NCBI GenBank assembly: GCA_037033225.1
Contig: JAZBLM010000002.1
Span: 10,084-74,083 of the forward strand
Length of the DNA stretch: 64,000 nt
Source: Pseudomonadota bacterium
Lineage (GTDB): Bacteria; Pseudomonadota; Gammaproteobacteria; Xanthomonadales; Xanthomonadaceae
Reading direction: 5' to 3'
In this document: piece by piece, positions 38,203 through 47,064 of the stretch
How the letters are laid out: the number at the start of each line of letters is the position of its first letter
Position numbering within the stretch: the stretch's first letter is position 1
The notes under the pieces: model-generated
Told to the model about the DNA's origin: nothing
The model's input: the letters and a program-made list of their open reading frames with translations, nothing else
Databases searched by the model: none
Made by a program: the position numbers and the translations under genes

Positions 38203-39014
38203 GCGATACCGAGCAACGCGTCCTTGCACCTCAAAATTGAGGCGCGCTCCAAGGTGACCTTCACGAGCGGGCCGGAACCACTCACCCCACGGAAAGTCAT
38301 GCCCGCGCCCCAACCATCACGCTCCACGATTGCAACGCCCTGCAGGTGCTCGTTCACCAGCTCCTCGAGGCGATGGGCGGTCACCTCATCCATGATACCT
38401 ACCTCAGCACGAACGCCTGGTACAGTAGATGCTTCCGCAAAAGCTACGAAGTTTGGGATCTGCTGGGGAAGCATGATCATGCCCATCAGCTTGCAAAGGT
38501 TAGACTCAAGCGTATAGGTGTGTTCGAAGGCCCGGACCTTAGCAGCGAGCGCGTCAAAATCGGTTTTTAGTGCTCCTTTGCCGCCCACAGCTGCCTGAAT
38601 GGAACGAAAGGCGAACTCGAGACGAGATGACTGGTTCGCATCGACAGCGTTGAGGTTATTCAATGGTGCAGGCAGCGACCCGGCTCCTGATCCCGAGTGG
38701 CACAAGGGTAACGCAGGGATCTCTTTCCCCCCCGAGCGCACGCTCATGGCGCTTTTAATCCAGACCGCACCGAGCTCAAAATTGACCCAGTTCCTCCGCA
38801 CCGAGTACGGGCTAATGAGGTATATCGCCGCGATGCAGTCAACCAACCCATCTTCGATTCGTTTGAGGAAGTTTGAGCCGGCTGTGATGCTTACGCCATC
38901 CGAGGAAACGAACACATCGACGAAACCTGAGAACTCTTCCTCAAGAGCGTTTTTGAAGATTAGCGCGAGATCTCGCTCCTCGTGGATATGAGACAAAAAT
39001 ATTAACTTTTGCAT
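38199..39014 (-). CDS. TIR-domain protein (candidate anti-phage NADase), moron
   Basis: IFLSH, DVFVSS, ISPYS.RRNWVNFELG with catalytic-type Glu; lower GC than neighbours. Confidence 0.85.
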   Translation of the reverse strand: MQKLIFLSHIHEERDLALIFKNALEEEFSGFVDVFVSSDGVSITAGSNFLKRIEDGLVDCIAAIYLISPYSVRRNWVNFELGAVWIKSAMSVRSGGKEIPALPLCHSGSGAGSLPAPLNNLNAVDANQSSRLEFAFRSIQAAVGGKGALKTDFDALAAKVRAFEHTYTLESNLCKLMGMIMLPQQIPNFVAFAEASTVPGVRAEVGIMDEVTAHRLEELVNEHLQGVAIVERDGWGAGMTFRGVSGSGPLVKVTLERASILRCKDALLGIA

Positions 39015-39041
39015 TGCTCTTCCTAAGCCCTAAGTAAGCGG

Positions 39042-39070
39042 ATTGTCCTCCTGGGCGTCCGGTCAAGCAA
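39042..39070 (-). promoter_or_regulatory. Putative sigma70 promoter of the TIR gene
   Basis: TTGCTT-17 bp-GACAAT overlapping the stop of the Q-like gene. Confidence 0.5.
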
Positions 39071-39500
39071 CCTGCGCTAAACCGCTGAGGAACCCACGTA
39101 GCTCTGCCCTCCCTATCTCCTCCTCTGCGAAGAACCTTTGTCTAGGCAATCGATAAGCTGGATCACGCGCCGCTCTTCGAAACAGCTCCTGAGCAATGTC
39201 TAGCCGTTCAACGGACCGTCGCCCCCTGCCACAGTAGTATCCGCGCAGAACGCACGATCTGAGCAAGTTATAGCGGCCAATCCGTGCGACACAGTCTTCA
39301 ATCCGCTGAGCCCTTACGTCAGTCTCCTGTGGCTTATACCCTTGCGCCCTGCCCGGCATGTCGCCCTTGTGCTCGATCAGCACCTGCAGCATGTTCTTCG
39401 AATGGTGGCCCAGGTAATCGATATCCCGGTGCAGCGCGAACTCCCGGCCCCAATGCTCCAGCTCCGCCCGCACGTATGCCCCGAACGTATCAACCTGCAT
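39063..39500 (-). CDS. Late antiterminator Q-like protein
   Basis: LEHWG start motif, helical C-terminus; position before pR'/tR'. Confidence 0.6.
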   Translation of the reverse strand: MQVDTFGAYVRAELEHWGREFALHRDIDYLGHHSKNMLQVLIEHKGDMPGRAQGYKPQETDVRAQRIEDCVARIGRYNLLRSCVLRGYYCGRGRRSVERLDIAQELFRRAARDPAYRLPRQRFFAEEEIGRAELRGFLSGLAQVA

Positions 39501-39906
39501 TGCCCTGTTCCCCTTGCTGCTGGGCTGCTGCTGGCAGCTCGCCCGTGATCCGCATCACCACCTGACCGCCGGGACGGCGCTCGTCCTTCACATCCGGGTG
39601 GCATCTGAAGCGCCTGTCGTCGATCCCCAGAACCTGAGCGATTCCGTCCCTGTACGCCTTGCAGCGACCGATCATGTTGTCGTCGTCCGGCAGCTTCTTT
39701 CCCGGCGCCTGATAGCAGTCGATCCACAGGTCCAGGCGCCCCTCCGGCAGATGCAGCGCGCGCCAGCCCGCCTCATGCGCGAGGACGATCGCGGTCTGCC
39801 GCGCTGCCTTTGTGGCCTTCGCCTTCACCCGGAAGTGCACACGGGCATTCGGCGACAGGTCCTTGCTCGGCCAGGGCAGCACCAGCTCCAGCGCGCGCTC
39901 AGCCAC
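39490..39906 (-). CDS. RusA-like Holliday junction resolvase
   Basis: LPWP..LSPN, PDDDNM...K...DGIA..LGIDD. Confidence 0.8.
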   Translation of the reverse strand: MAERALELVLPWPSKDLSPNARVHFRVKAKATKAARQTAIVLAHEAGWRALHLPEGRLDLWIDCYQAPGKKLPDDDNMIGRCKAYRDGIAQVLGIDDRRFRCHPDVKDERRPGGQVVMRITGELPAAAQQQGEQGNAG

Positions 39907-40645
39907 CCAGCACCTCCACCCGCTTGAACTTGATCACCCACACCCATGGGTTGCTGTCCCAGTCGCCGCCGGGGCCGGTGCCGGACCATAGCGCCTTGAA
40001 GGCAATCCGCTCGTCGCCCGCATCCAGATCACGGATCGGCGTCTTCTGTTCGCGGGCCCATTCCATCGCGCCCTCGGCAAGGGCATCCTCAGCGCTGATC
40101 GCCTGCAACCGCTCCACGCGCACGTCGGTGATCTCCAGCACCAGGCGGCAGGCCCAGCGCGGCATGTGAACACTCGGTGTCCAGCGCGGCTCATCCACGA
40201 ACGCCTGCATACCGTTGCGCTCGAATGGCTCAAGGCTGCGGTAGGGCCACGGCTCCCCACCAAGCGAGTAGATGGCTGGGTATTCACCATCTGCCCTGTA
40301 GATCGTCCGATAGTTCACCGGAGGCGGGCCAGGAATGCCGGCCTTGCCGCGCTGGGAGTAACGGTCATCAGCGATTTGGATCGGATGAACCTGCTGCCAC
40401 GTCTCCCGCATCCACAGCCGGTCGCCGGGCTGGCCGAAGGGGCATCGGAAACCAGTCGACATCTCTTCACTGCCCGCGATTCGGAACTCGCCGGCATATC
40501 GGAAGGCCTGTGCTTGGCTGAAGTTCGGGTTGCAGCGATCGCGCCAAGGGATGCTCTTAACGACCCTCCGCGTCTGCGTCTTCGCGCCCGACAGGATGGC
40601 GCGCACCATGGCTCCGTTGAACAAGATCGGCTTCTCCTTGCTCAT
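39899..40645 (-). CDS. Conserved phage protein (ASCH/PUA-like)
   Basis: [39 protein letters not shown]. Confidence 0.7.
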   Translation of the reverse strand: MSKEKPILFNGAMVRAILSGAKTQTRRVVKSIPWRDRCNPNFSQAQAFRYAGEFRIAGSEEMSTGFRCPFGQPGDRLWMRETWQQVHPIQIADDRYSQRGKAGIPGPPPVNYRTIYRADGEYPAIYSLGGEPWPYRSLEPFERNGMQAFVDEPRWTPSVHMPRWACRLVLEITDVRVERLQAISAEDALAEGAMEWAREQKTPIRDLDAGDERIAFKALWSGTGPGGDWDSNPWVWVIKFKRVEVLGG

Positions 40646-41112
40646 GCCGCCTGCTCCAGCTGCTCCCAGTGCGTCGGCAGGCGCTCAACCTTCCCGCCGC
40701 GCGCGAGGAACTGGTCGACGGTCTCGCCAGCCTGAGTCTCGACGGGCACCGCGAGAACGGGTTTCGGGATCCGGCCGGCCTGGCACCCAACCCGCGAGGC
40801 GCGGCGCGCTTTGTCACGCTGCCGCCGCTGCTCCTGCCTGCGCTGCAGAGCTTCCCGCTCGTCGTAGAAGACCCTGCGCATGCCCTGACCGCTGAACTGG
40901 TAGGACGCATTCTTCCCACGGCCCGTGCGCAGCAGGAACCCGCAACGGATCAACCAGGGCAGCGTGTCCCGGATGGCGTTCCGCTCGTCGCCGTCGCCCA
41001 CGCCGTCGGCCTTCATCCGCTCGTAAATCGCCTGCAGCCGCAAGCTTTCGTTAGGCGCGGCGCTGAAGACTGCCCGCAGCTCCTTCGTCCTCACTCCATA
41101 GGCCTTGCTCAT
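40642..41112 (-). CDS. Hypothetical protein, possible winged helix
   Basis: ATGA-overlapping start MSKAYG; C-terminal ETVDQFLARGG. Confidence 0.6.
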   Translation of the reverse strand: MSKAYGVRTKELRAVFSAAPNESLRLQAIYERMKADGVGDGDERNAIRDTLPWLIRCGFLLRTGRGKNASYQFSGQGMRRVFYDEREALQRRQEQRRQRDKARRASRVGCQAGRIPKPVLAVPVETQAGETVDQFLARGGKVERLPTHWEQLEQAA

Positions 41113-41477
41113 GCTGCGCTCCGTAATTCGTTGATGTAGGTCTGCTGGGCGATCAGGGCGTCGTCCGAGCCATAGGTCTCGTGGAAGGTCCGCGAGCCAT
41201 CCATCAGGCTCGGGCCGTAGATCTCGCGCATGCGGGCGAAGCTCCGTCCCTCCATGGGCACGCGCATGTGGTGCCATTTGCACAGTGCGAAGCCGAAGGC
41301 GTGGCCGCAGCGGATGTTCCCGCTCTTGGTGTGGTTGTAGTCGCAGCCGTAGACCACCTGCCATGGCGCCAGCAGCTGCTGCTCGACCAGCGCCAGGCAC
41401 GCCATGCACGGGCCAACCTTGGCCAGCTCGATCCGGGCGGCCTCTTCCATCGTCGGCGGCGGAGCCTTAGACCACAT
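41109..41477 (-). CDS. Ref-family recombination enhancement nuclease
   Basis: CMAC, GH, LCKWHH, FHETYGSD. Confidence 0.75.
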   Translation of the reverse strand: MWSKAPPPTMEEAARIELAKVGPCMACLALVEQQLLAPWQVVYGCDYNHTKSGNIRCGHAFGFALCKWHHMRVPMEGRSFARMREIYGPSLMDGSRTFHETYGSDDALIAQQTYINELRSAA

Positions 41478-42391
41478 CAGGCGCGAGCCAGCTCGTGGTG
41501 CCGTGGCACGGTGAAACCTGCAGCGCGCGCGTGCCCGCCGCCGCCGTACAGCTTGGCCACCTCACTCACGTCCACGCCGTCGTCGGTCGAGCGCAGACTG
41601 AATACCCGGCCCTCGGCCTTGTCGTAGTAGCAGGCAGCGAAGGGCTGGCCCTTGGCCATCAGGTGGCCAGCGTCGCTCGCCAAGGTGTACGGCAGGCTGG
41701 CGACCGGAACCGAGTAGTGACCGATCACCATCGTCCGCTTGACCACCTTCACCAGCTCCGCAACGTCCTTGTGGTGCTTGCGCTCGATCGCCACGCCCTG
41801 GGCGCGTAGCGTCTCCATCGGCGTCTGCATCAGCAGGTCCCACACGTCGAACTCGTAGGGGTAGCTGAAGACCGCAGCCTGGATCTCCCGCGTACCGGGC
41901 AGCGCGAAGCGCCACAGGTCCCGGTCCTCCACGTGGTCGATCAGCTCCGGCCGCGATACGCCAGGATGGAAGAAGTCCCACGCGATGCCCGCGCCACTGC
42001 GCTCCATGTCGAACAGCGCATAGATCATCGCCTTCCGGATCCCCTCGCACTTGTCCTGCTCTACCCAGCCCCGGAACAGGCTCCAGGTCGCGCAGCCGTA
42101 CACGCGGACGACCGTCAGCTGGTCGTCTGCTGTCCTGGGATTGGCAGGCAGGTCGGCCTCGGCGCTCTTGTGGTGGTCCAGCACCAGGATCGACCGGGCG
42201 ACCAGCTGCAGGTCTCTCATCACATGCGGCGGGTAGCTGAAGTCCACGAGCACCAGGTCGCGTCCAGTCACGTCCGGCGGCGGCTCGCCGTGCACGCCTG
42301 GGTGGAAGTCGGCTTCTATCGCCTGACGGACGGCCCATGCGGCGGTGAAGCCGTCGGCGCAGTTGGCGTGGTAGATCACAAGGGGCTTCAC
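41477..42391 (-). CDS. DHH/DHHA1 phosphoesterase
   Basis: YH.NC.DG, VDFS, LDHH, DRDLW, SLRS, GGGH. Confidence 0.88.
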   Translation of the reverse strand: MKPLVIYHANCADGFTAAWAVRQAIEADFHPGVHGEPPPDVTGRDLVLVDFSYPPHVMRDLQLVARSILVLDHHKSAEADLPANPRTADDQLTVVRVYGCATWSLFRGWVEQDKCEGIRKAMIYALFDMERSGAGIAWDFFHPGVSRPELIDHVEDRDLWRFALPGTREIQAAVFSYPYEFDVWDLLMQTPMETLRAQGVAIERKHHKDVAELVKVVKRTMVIGHYSVPVASLPYTLASDAGHLMAKGQPFAACYYDKAEGRVFSLRSTDDGVDVSEVAKLYGGGGHARAAGFTVPRHHELARA

Positions 42392-42633
42392 GGTGACTGT
42401 CTCCTGCTGGATTTCGTGGGTACGGCGAGCGGCGGGAGCCCGTCGGGAATGGGGCCGGCATAGCCGGTGATCGGGATCTGTCTGCAGCCGTCGCGCCAGA
42501 CCGTTTGGCCGCGTGAGGCGTACATCACCAGCGGCTTCACGCCGTAGCCATATCCGAGATACCAGCCGGGCACCGAGACCGGCTCCGTGATCGGGCGGAT
42601 CTCCAGCTCGAAGCGAGTCGGCGCCGTGCTCAT
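42388..42633 (-). CDS. Hypothetical protein
   Basis: ATGA-overlapping ORF MSTAPTRF. Confidence 0.6.
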   Translation of the reverse strand: MSTAPTRFELEIRPITEPVSVPGWYLGYGYGVKPLVMYASRGQTVWRDGCRQIPITGYAGPIPDGLPPLAVPTKSSRRQSP

Positions 42634-43304
42634 GCAGCAGCCTTCGCCGGGGCCGCGCCCAGCAGCTCGGCCAGCTCTGCCAGCCGCGTACGGGTCGTGG
42701 CGCTTGCCACCGGCGACGGCTCGACACGGCCGGTCAGCAGCGCCAGCGGGTTGAAGGCGGGCGTGGCGGCTGGCAGGGCGAGGTGTTCGGCGACCTGTTC
42801 GTGAGCGATGCGGCCGGCGGCGATGGCCTGCTGCAGCACCGCGTCGCGGCCGGAGGCGTCGAAGCCGATGGAGGCGTGGTGCACTGCCATCTGCCCTGCA
42901 GCGCGCGCGTCCTTGATCAGCCGGGTGTAGACCTCGAGGAACGCCTGGCGCGCAGCGATCTTGTCGCCGGCTTCGATCAGCGGTAATGCCACGGCCCAGC
43001 TGTCGCGCGTCTGCTCGGTCCAGACCACCGTGGCGGACTCGTCGGCGGCGCGGATCGCGTTCGCCCATGCTTCGTTCGGCGCGGGGTGGCCGTCGTCGAT
43101 GCGCTCGAGGATCGCGGCCAGCGAAAGCCGGCCCTTCAGCTCCCGACGGCACGCGGCCAGTGCCTTCTCCAGCGACGGCAGCGGATAGCCGGCCAAGTCG
43201 GTGACCATGAAGGCTGCGGCGGTCGGGCGCATCTGGTCACCTATGACCTCGGCGGTGGCCACCAACAGCTCGACCAGCCTGTCCTGTTCGTGATCAGCCA
43301 GCAT
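42630..43304 (-). CDS. Replication accessory protein (gpP position, helicase loader-like)
   Basis: Follows the initiator; DGHP.PNEAW, ARQAF.EVY.R. Confidence 0.65.
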   Translation of the reverse strand: MLADHEQDRLVELLVATAEVIGDQMRPTAAAFMVTDLAGYPLPSLEKALAACRRELKGRLSLAAILERIDDGHPAPNEAWANAIRAADESATVVWTEQTRDSWAVALPLIEAGDKIAARQAFLEVYTRLIKDARAAGQMAVHHASIGFDASGRDAVLQQAIAAGRIAHEQVAEHLALPAATPAFNPLALLTGRVEPSPVASATTRTRLAELAELLGAAPAKAAA

Positions 43305-44184
43305 TGCGTGCCCTCCCCTGCGCCAGGATGGCTTTGGCCTCTGCGGCAGCGCTCAGGTTCGACTGGGTCTGGTCCGCCTGCTGGGCGCTGGTGGCGGTCA
43401 TCTGTCGCCCGGTCGCCCACTGGGTGCGGTAGGCCTCACAGCGCGCGAGCAGCAGGCCGAGGTCATGCATGCCTTGGACCACCATCCGCTCGTTGACCCG
43501 GAGGAACCAGCCGGCCACCTGCGGCGCCTCTACCGCGCCCAGCCGCTTCACCAGCTGCTTCACGTTGGCGTTGACCTTGGCGTTGCGCACCGGCATTGCG
43601 CCGTGGCGTTCGCGGTAGGCCATGGCGTAAGCCGTCCAGGTTGCCCGGCATGCTGCCTGCAGCTCGGTCTCCGATTCGACCACCGGCGGCGCGTCCGTCA
43701 GGACCGCCGGAAATGACGGTTCATCTGATGGTTCAATGATGGTTTTATTACGGTTAGGCGGCACGGGGCGCACCTCTGGACCTGCGCCCCGTGCCGGACC
43801 CCCTGCAGCGGGCGCACCCCCTACTGCATCGGGCGCACCCCCTGCATCTGCTGCACCCCCTGCGCCCGCTGCAGGGGTCTGCTTCGCACCCTTGCGCGTC
43901 GATTTCGTGCCCGTGGCAGCCGCATCGAACTTGGCCGGCGTCACCGAATACACGTTGCTGCTGTTGAAGCGGCGCTCCCGGCTCAGCAGGCCGACGGCCT
44001 CCAGATGGTCCATGGCAGTACGCACGGCACGTTCGGACATGCAGCAGCGCTTGGAGATGGTCCCGATGGCCGGCCAGCACACGCCGTCGTCGTTTGCCTG
44101 ATCGGCCAGAGAGATCAGCACCGCCTTCTGCGTAACGCTGAGCCCTTGGAGCGGCCAGCACTGGGACATGATGATCGTGGACAT
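43294..44184 (-). CDS. Replication initiator (gpO-like, N-terminal HTH)
   Basis: KAVLISLADQANDDGVCWP.I.TI..RC.MSER; internal repeats. Confidence 0.85.
   Translation of the reverse strand: MSTIIMSQCWPLQGLSVTQKAVLISLADQANDDGVCWPAIGTISKRCCMSERAVRTAMDHLEAVGLLSRERRFNSSNVYSVTPAKFDAAATGTKSTRKGAKQTPAAGAGGAADAGGAPDAVGGAPAAGGPARGAGPEVRPVPPNRNKTIIEPSDEPSFPAVLTDAPPVVESETELQAACRATWTAYAMAYRERHGAMPVRNAKVNANVKQLVKRLGAVEAPQVAGWFLRVNERMVVQGMHDLGLLLARCEAYRTQWATGRQMTATSAQQADQTQSNLSAAAEAKAILAQGRARNAG
43728..43861. repeat. Putative replication origin: iterons plus AT-rich tract inside the initiator gene
   Basis: GCACCCCCT at 43814, 43835, 43853, GACCCCCT at 43797; AT-rich 43728..43750. Confidence 0.6.
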
Positions 44185-44187
44185 TGT

Positions 44188-44502
44188 TCAGACCGCCAGG
44201 GTGTAGTTGTCGCCTTGGGCCACAGGCCACCAGGTGCATACGGTGATGTTGCTGATGGGGCACAGCGCCTTGGCGCCGCGGAAGGCGCGCCCTTCCTTCG
44301 CCAGATCTGGGAGCCGGCGGGCCACCATGTGTCGGTCCATGCCGGTGGCGCGTGCCAGCTGCATGCTGGTCATGCCCGGGTGGCGCTGCACGGCGGCAGC
44401 TGTGAGGTCCTTCTGCGCCGCGTGGGCGCCGCTCCGGACGATGCGCGCGGCGGCTTCGTGGCTTCCGCTGGAATCGGCGTTGCGAGCCAGCTGAGCGCTC
44501 AT
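44188..44502 (-). CDS. Winged-helix protein
   Basis: HPGMTSMQLA...DRHMVARRLPDL. Confidence 0.7.
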   Translation of the reverse strand: MSAQLARNADSSGSHEAAARIVRSGAHAAQKDLTAAAVQRHPGMTSMQLARATGMDRHMVARRLPDLAKEGRAFRGAKALCPISNITVCTWWPVAQGDNYTLAV

Positions 44503-44942
44503 GGCACGTCCCTCGCGGCAGCGGCGGCAGCATGGTTGGCCAGCTCGGCAAACACGGCCTGCAGCCGCGCGCAGTGGTGCGCGATTGCGCTGGCCTCGTT
44601 CGGCGTGATGCGCTGGTCCTTCGTGGCCTCGGCGATGATGTCCGCCAAGTCGCCCTTCAGCCCACTGGCTGCAAGCAGCGCCCCGATCAGGCTGCCGGTC
44701 TCCGGCGCCTCAGTACGGGACAGCGTGTAACCGTGTTGGGATGCCAGGGCGTGCAGGATGCAGTCATCGCCGGTCACACCCATCACCTCGCTGGCTTCGG
44801 CCAGCGTCAGGTGGTGCGTGGTGTTGTTTGGATTGACCTTATTCCGCAGCACGGCCGCCGACATCCCGATGCGCGGCGCCAGCGATTCGCTGCCGCCCGG
44901 GTAGGCGTGGACTGTCTTGTGGGCGGCATCGATGATGTTCAT
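44499..44942 (-). CDS. CII-family phage regulator
   Basis: YPGG..SLAPRIGMS..VLRNKVNP..HHLTL. Confidence 0.8.
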   Translation of the reverse strand: MNIIDAAHKTVHAYPGGSESLAPRIGMSAAVLRNKVNPNNTTHHLTLAEASEVMGVTGDDCILHALASQHGYTLSRTEAPETGSLIGALLAASGLKGDLADIIAEATKDQRITPNEASAIAHHCARLQAVFAELANHAAAAAARDVP

Positions 44943-45084
44943 TGGCGGGTCTCGTGAACGTGGATTCGGGCACTACTGCGGCGCAACATGTGCGTCATGG
45001 ACATCAACAACTCATGGACGACAGGCGCCGCCCCCCTTGCGTTACGCTGCAGTCACCACACGAACAGCCCGCAACGAGGGCGAC

Positions 45085-45330
45085 ATGAAGGACGAATCGC
45101 TGGCCATCTGGCCGACAAGCGGATGGGAAATGTTCGAGTTGGAGGGCCGCAAGGTCATGGCTTTGCGCTTTGTTTTCCCGGCAAATACGCACGACAGAAC
45201 GGAGGAATCTCGCTCTCCGGCGTTCGCGATGTCACCCGAAGACATGCGCGCACTAGCAGCGGACCTGACCAAAGCAGCCGACTCGATGGGAGGGAGCGGG
45301 ACAGGAGCGGCCGCAGTCGGACGACACTGA
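45085..45330 (+). CDS. Small antisense-oriented gene between cro and cII
   Basis: GAGGG SD, MKDESLAIWP..., 81 aa. Confidence 0.55.
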   Translation: MKDESLAIWPTSGWEMFELEGRKVMALRFVFPANTHDRTEESRSPAFAMSPEDMRALAADLTKAADSMGGSGTGAAAVGRH

Positions 45331-45350
45331 CATCGGGCAGCGCGTGCATT

Positions 45351-45809
45351 TCAGGCCACCTCCAGGTGGACGATGCGGTCGGCGTCCGGGTCCTGCGGGC
45401 GGCGCTGCTGGGCCGGCTGTTCTTCATGGCCCAGCAGCTTCATCACGGCAGGGGCCAGCGTGGCCGGGACGTTCTCACCCTCCCCCCACGCCTCGATCAC
45501 CTGGACGCCAACACCCAGCACCTTCGCCAGGTGCGCATCCGTCCTGAAGCCGAACTTCTGCCGCAGCGCGCGCTTGTTCATGCGGCTGTCGACCAGCTGG
45601 CGGATCTGAGCGACTCGGCTCTGCGAGCCCTCTCCTGCCGCGTCGTCAAATGCCTCGGGCCGAAGAAGGGCCAGGAACTGACGGCGCGCCGGCGGGATGC
45701 CCGTTGAGCGCCACTCACTCACTGAGGGTGGCTTGATCTGGCAGATGCGCGCCACCTCAGAGGTGCCACCAAGGCGGTCGATGATTTCGGAGTCAGTCGG
45801 CTTGTCCAT
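45351..45809 (-). CDS. Cro-like repressor with a second HTH-like domain
   Basis: IIDRLGGTSEVARICQIKPPSVSEW; divergent from cI. Confidence 0.8.
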   Translation of the reverse strand: MDKPTDSEIIDRLGGTSEVARICQIKPPSVSEWRSTGIPPARRQFLALLRPEAFDDAAGEGSQSRVAQIRQLVDSRMNKRALRQKFGFRTDAHLAKVLGVGVQVIEAWGEGENVPATLAPAVMKLLGHEEQPAQQRRPQDPDADRIVHLEVA

Positions 45810-45816
45810 ACAAGAA

Positions 45817-45884
45817 AGATTAGGACTAGCTAATTGGTAAGTCAATAGCCAGTCCTAATAAACTAATGGTTAGCCTTACCTAAT
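45817..45884. promoter_or_regulatory. OR region: three 16-bp operators with pR and pRM
   Basis: ATTAGGACTAGCTAAT 45819, AATAGCCAGTCCTAAT 45844, GTTAGCCTTACCTAAT 45869; minus strand TTGACT-17-TAATCT. Confidence 0.8.
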
Positions 45885-46572
45885 GACTACTCTTGCAGAA
45901 CGTTTGACGGCTGCTATTGCACACGCCGGGTTGACGCAAGCCGAGCTCGCGCGGCGCGTTGGAATAAGCGCCCCCAGCGTCAATGGTTGGTTCAGTGGCA
46001 AAGCCAAATTCCTCCGTGGGGAAAACCTCCTCGCGGCAGCGCGCGCCCTTGCGGTGGACGAGAACTGGCTCGCAACCGGCAAAGGACAGATGGCCTCAGG
46101 TGTGGATGCGTCGCACTCGGTCGCAACAGTCGCGGAGACTGAGACCAAGCCCGGCTATGTTCGCTTCGACGTTTTCGAAGGAGCAGCGGGCATGGGGGTG
46201 GGAGTGGTCAACCAAGATTTCCCGGAGGTCGTCGAGTCAATCGAGATTGCCGAATGGGAGGTGCGCCGGAAGCTCGGCTTCATGCCGCAGCCTGGTCGCA
46301 TACAGTTGATCACGGGACGCGGCCCGTCCATGCGCCCCAAGCTCGAAGACGGCGATATCATCTGGATCGACACCAGCTGCGATTACTTTGACGGCGACGA
46401 CTACTACCTGATCAACATCGGGGGCGAAACGCAGATCAAGATGCTGCAGCGGCGGGGCGACGGGCTGCACGTTGTAAGCGTGAACCCGGACTTCCCTCCC
46501 TACCGAGCAGAGGATGGTGAAGTCAGCATCTTGGGCAAAGCGTTGATCCACGCGGGCCTGCGGAAGTTCTAA
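45883..46572 (+). CDS. cI: CI-like repressor (HTH + S24 peptidase)
   Basis: LTQAELARRVGIS..SVNGW; AAGMG cleavage region; GPSMRP Ser and IKML Lys. Confidence 0.93.
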   Translation: MTTLAERLTAAIAHAGLTQAELARRVGISAPSVNGWFSGKAKFLRGENLLAAARALAVDENWLATGKGQMASGVDASHSVATVAETETKPGYVRFDVFEGAAGMGVGVVNQDFPEVVESIEIAEWEVRRKLGFMPQPGRIQLITGRGPSMRPKLEDGDIIWIDTSCDYFDGDDYYLINIGGETQIKMLQRRGDGLHVVSVNPDFPPYRAEDGEVSILGKALIHAGLRKF

Positions 46573-46575
46573 TGC

Positions 46576-46599
46576 GAAGAGGCCCCGTAGGGCCTCTTC
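46576..46599. terminator. Hairpin between convergent genes
   Basis: GAAGAGGCCC-CGTA-GGGCCTCTTC. Confidence 0.65.
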
Positions 46600-46608
46600 A
46601 TGTATCGG

Positions 46609-47064
46609 TCAGCGATTCTTCCTTGGGTCGGCAATCACGCGCGAAGGTGACCCGTAGAGCACCAGGACGCTGTGGCCAACCTCAAATGCAGGTTCGGGAC
46701 CCTGCACAACTGTCATAAGGTTCCCATTTTCGGTCTGAACCACATACTCGAGGCCAGTAGTGTTAGACGCCGAGCGTTCGGCTGCCGCACCCGCAATGGC
46801 CCCTACGACCAGCCCGCCAATTGCTCCGATCACTGCGGCCTCGCTACTACCGCCGATTGTCGAGCCAGCCACGCCACCAATTGCGCCGCCGGCAACAGCG
46901 CCGCCGCCTCCGCTACCGTCGATCGACACCGGGCGCACGCTGATCACCGAACCTGAGACGGTGCGATTCACTTGACCTACTGAACCGACCGAGTAGCTAT
47001 CCGTCCGAACGTTTGGCGCGCAAGCAACCAGCAAAAACGGCGTCAGGAGCAAGGCTCGCTTCAC
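46609..47064 (-). CDS. Glycine-zipper outer-membrane lipoprotein (SlyB-like)
   Basis: Lipobox LVAC; GAVAGGAIGGVAGSTIGG. Confidence 0.85.
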   Translation of the reverse strand: MKRALLLTPFLLVACAPNVRTDSYSVGSVGQVNRTVSGSVISVRPVSIDGSGGGGAVAGGAIGGVAGSTIGGSSEAAVIGAIGGLVVGAIAGAAAERSASNTTGLEYVVQTENGNLMTVVQGPEPAFEVGHSVLVLYGSPSRVIADPRKNR

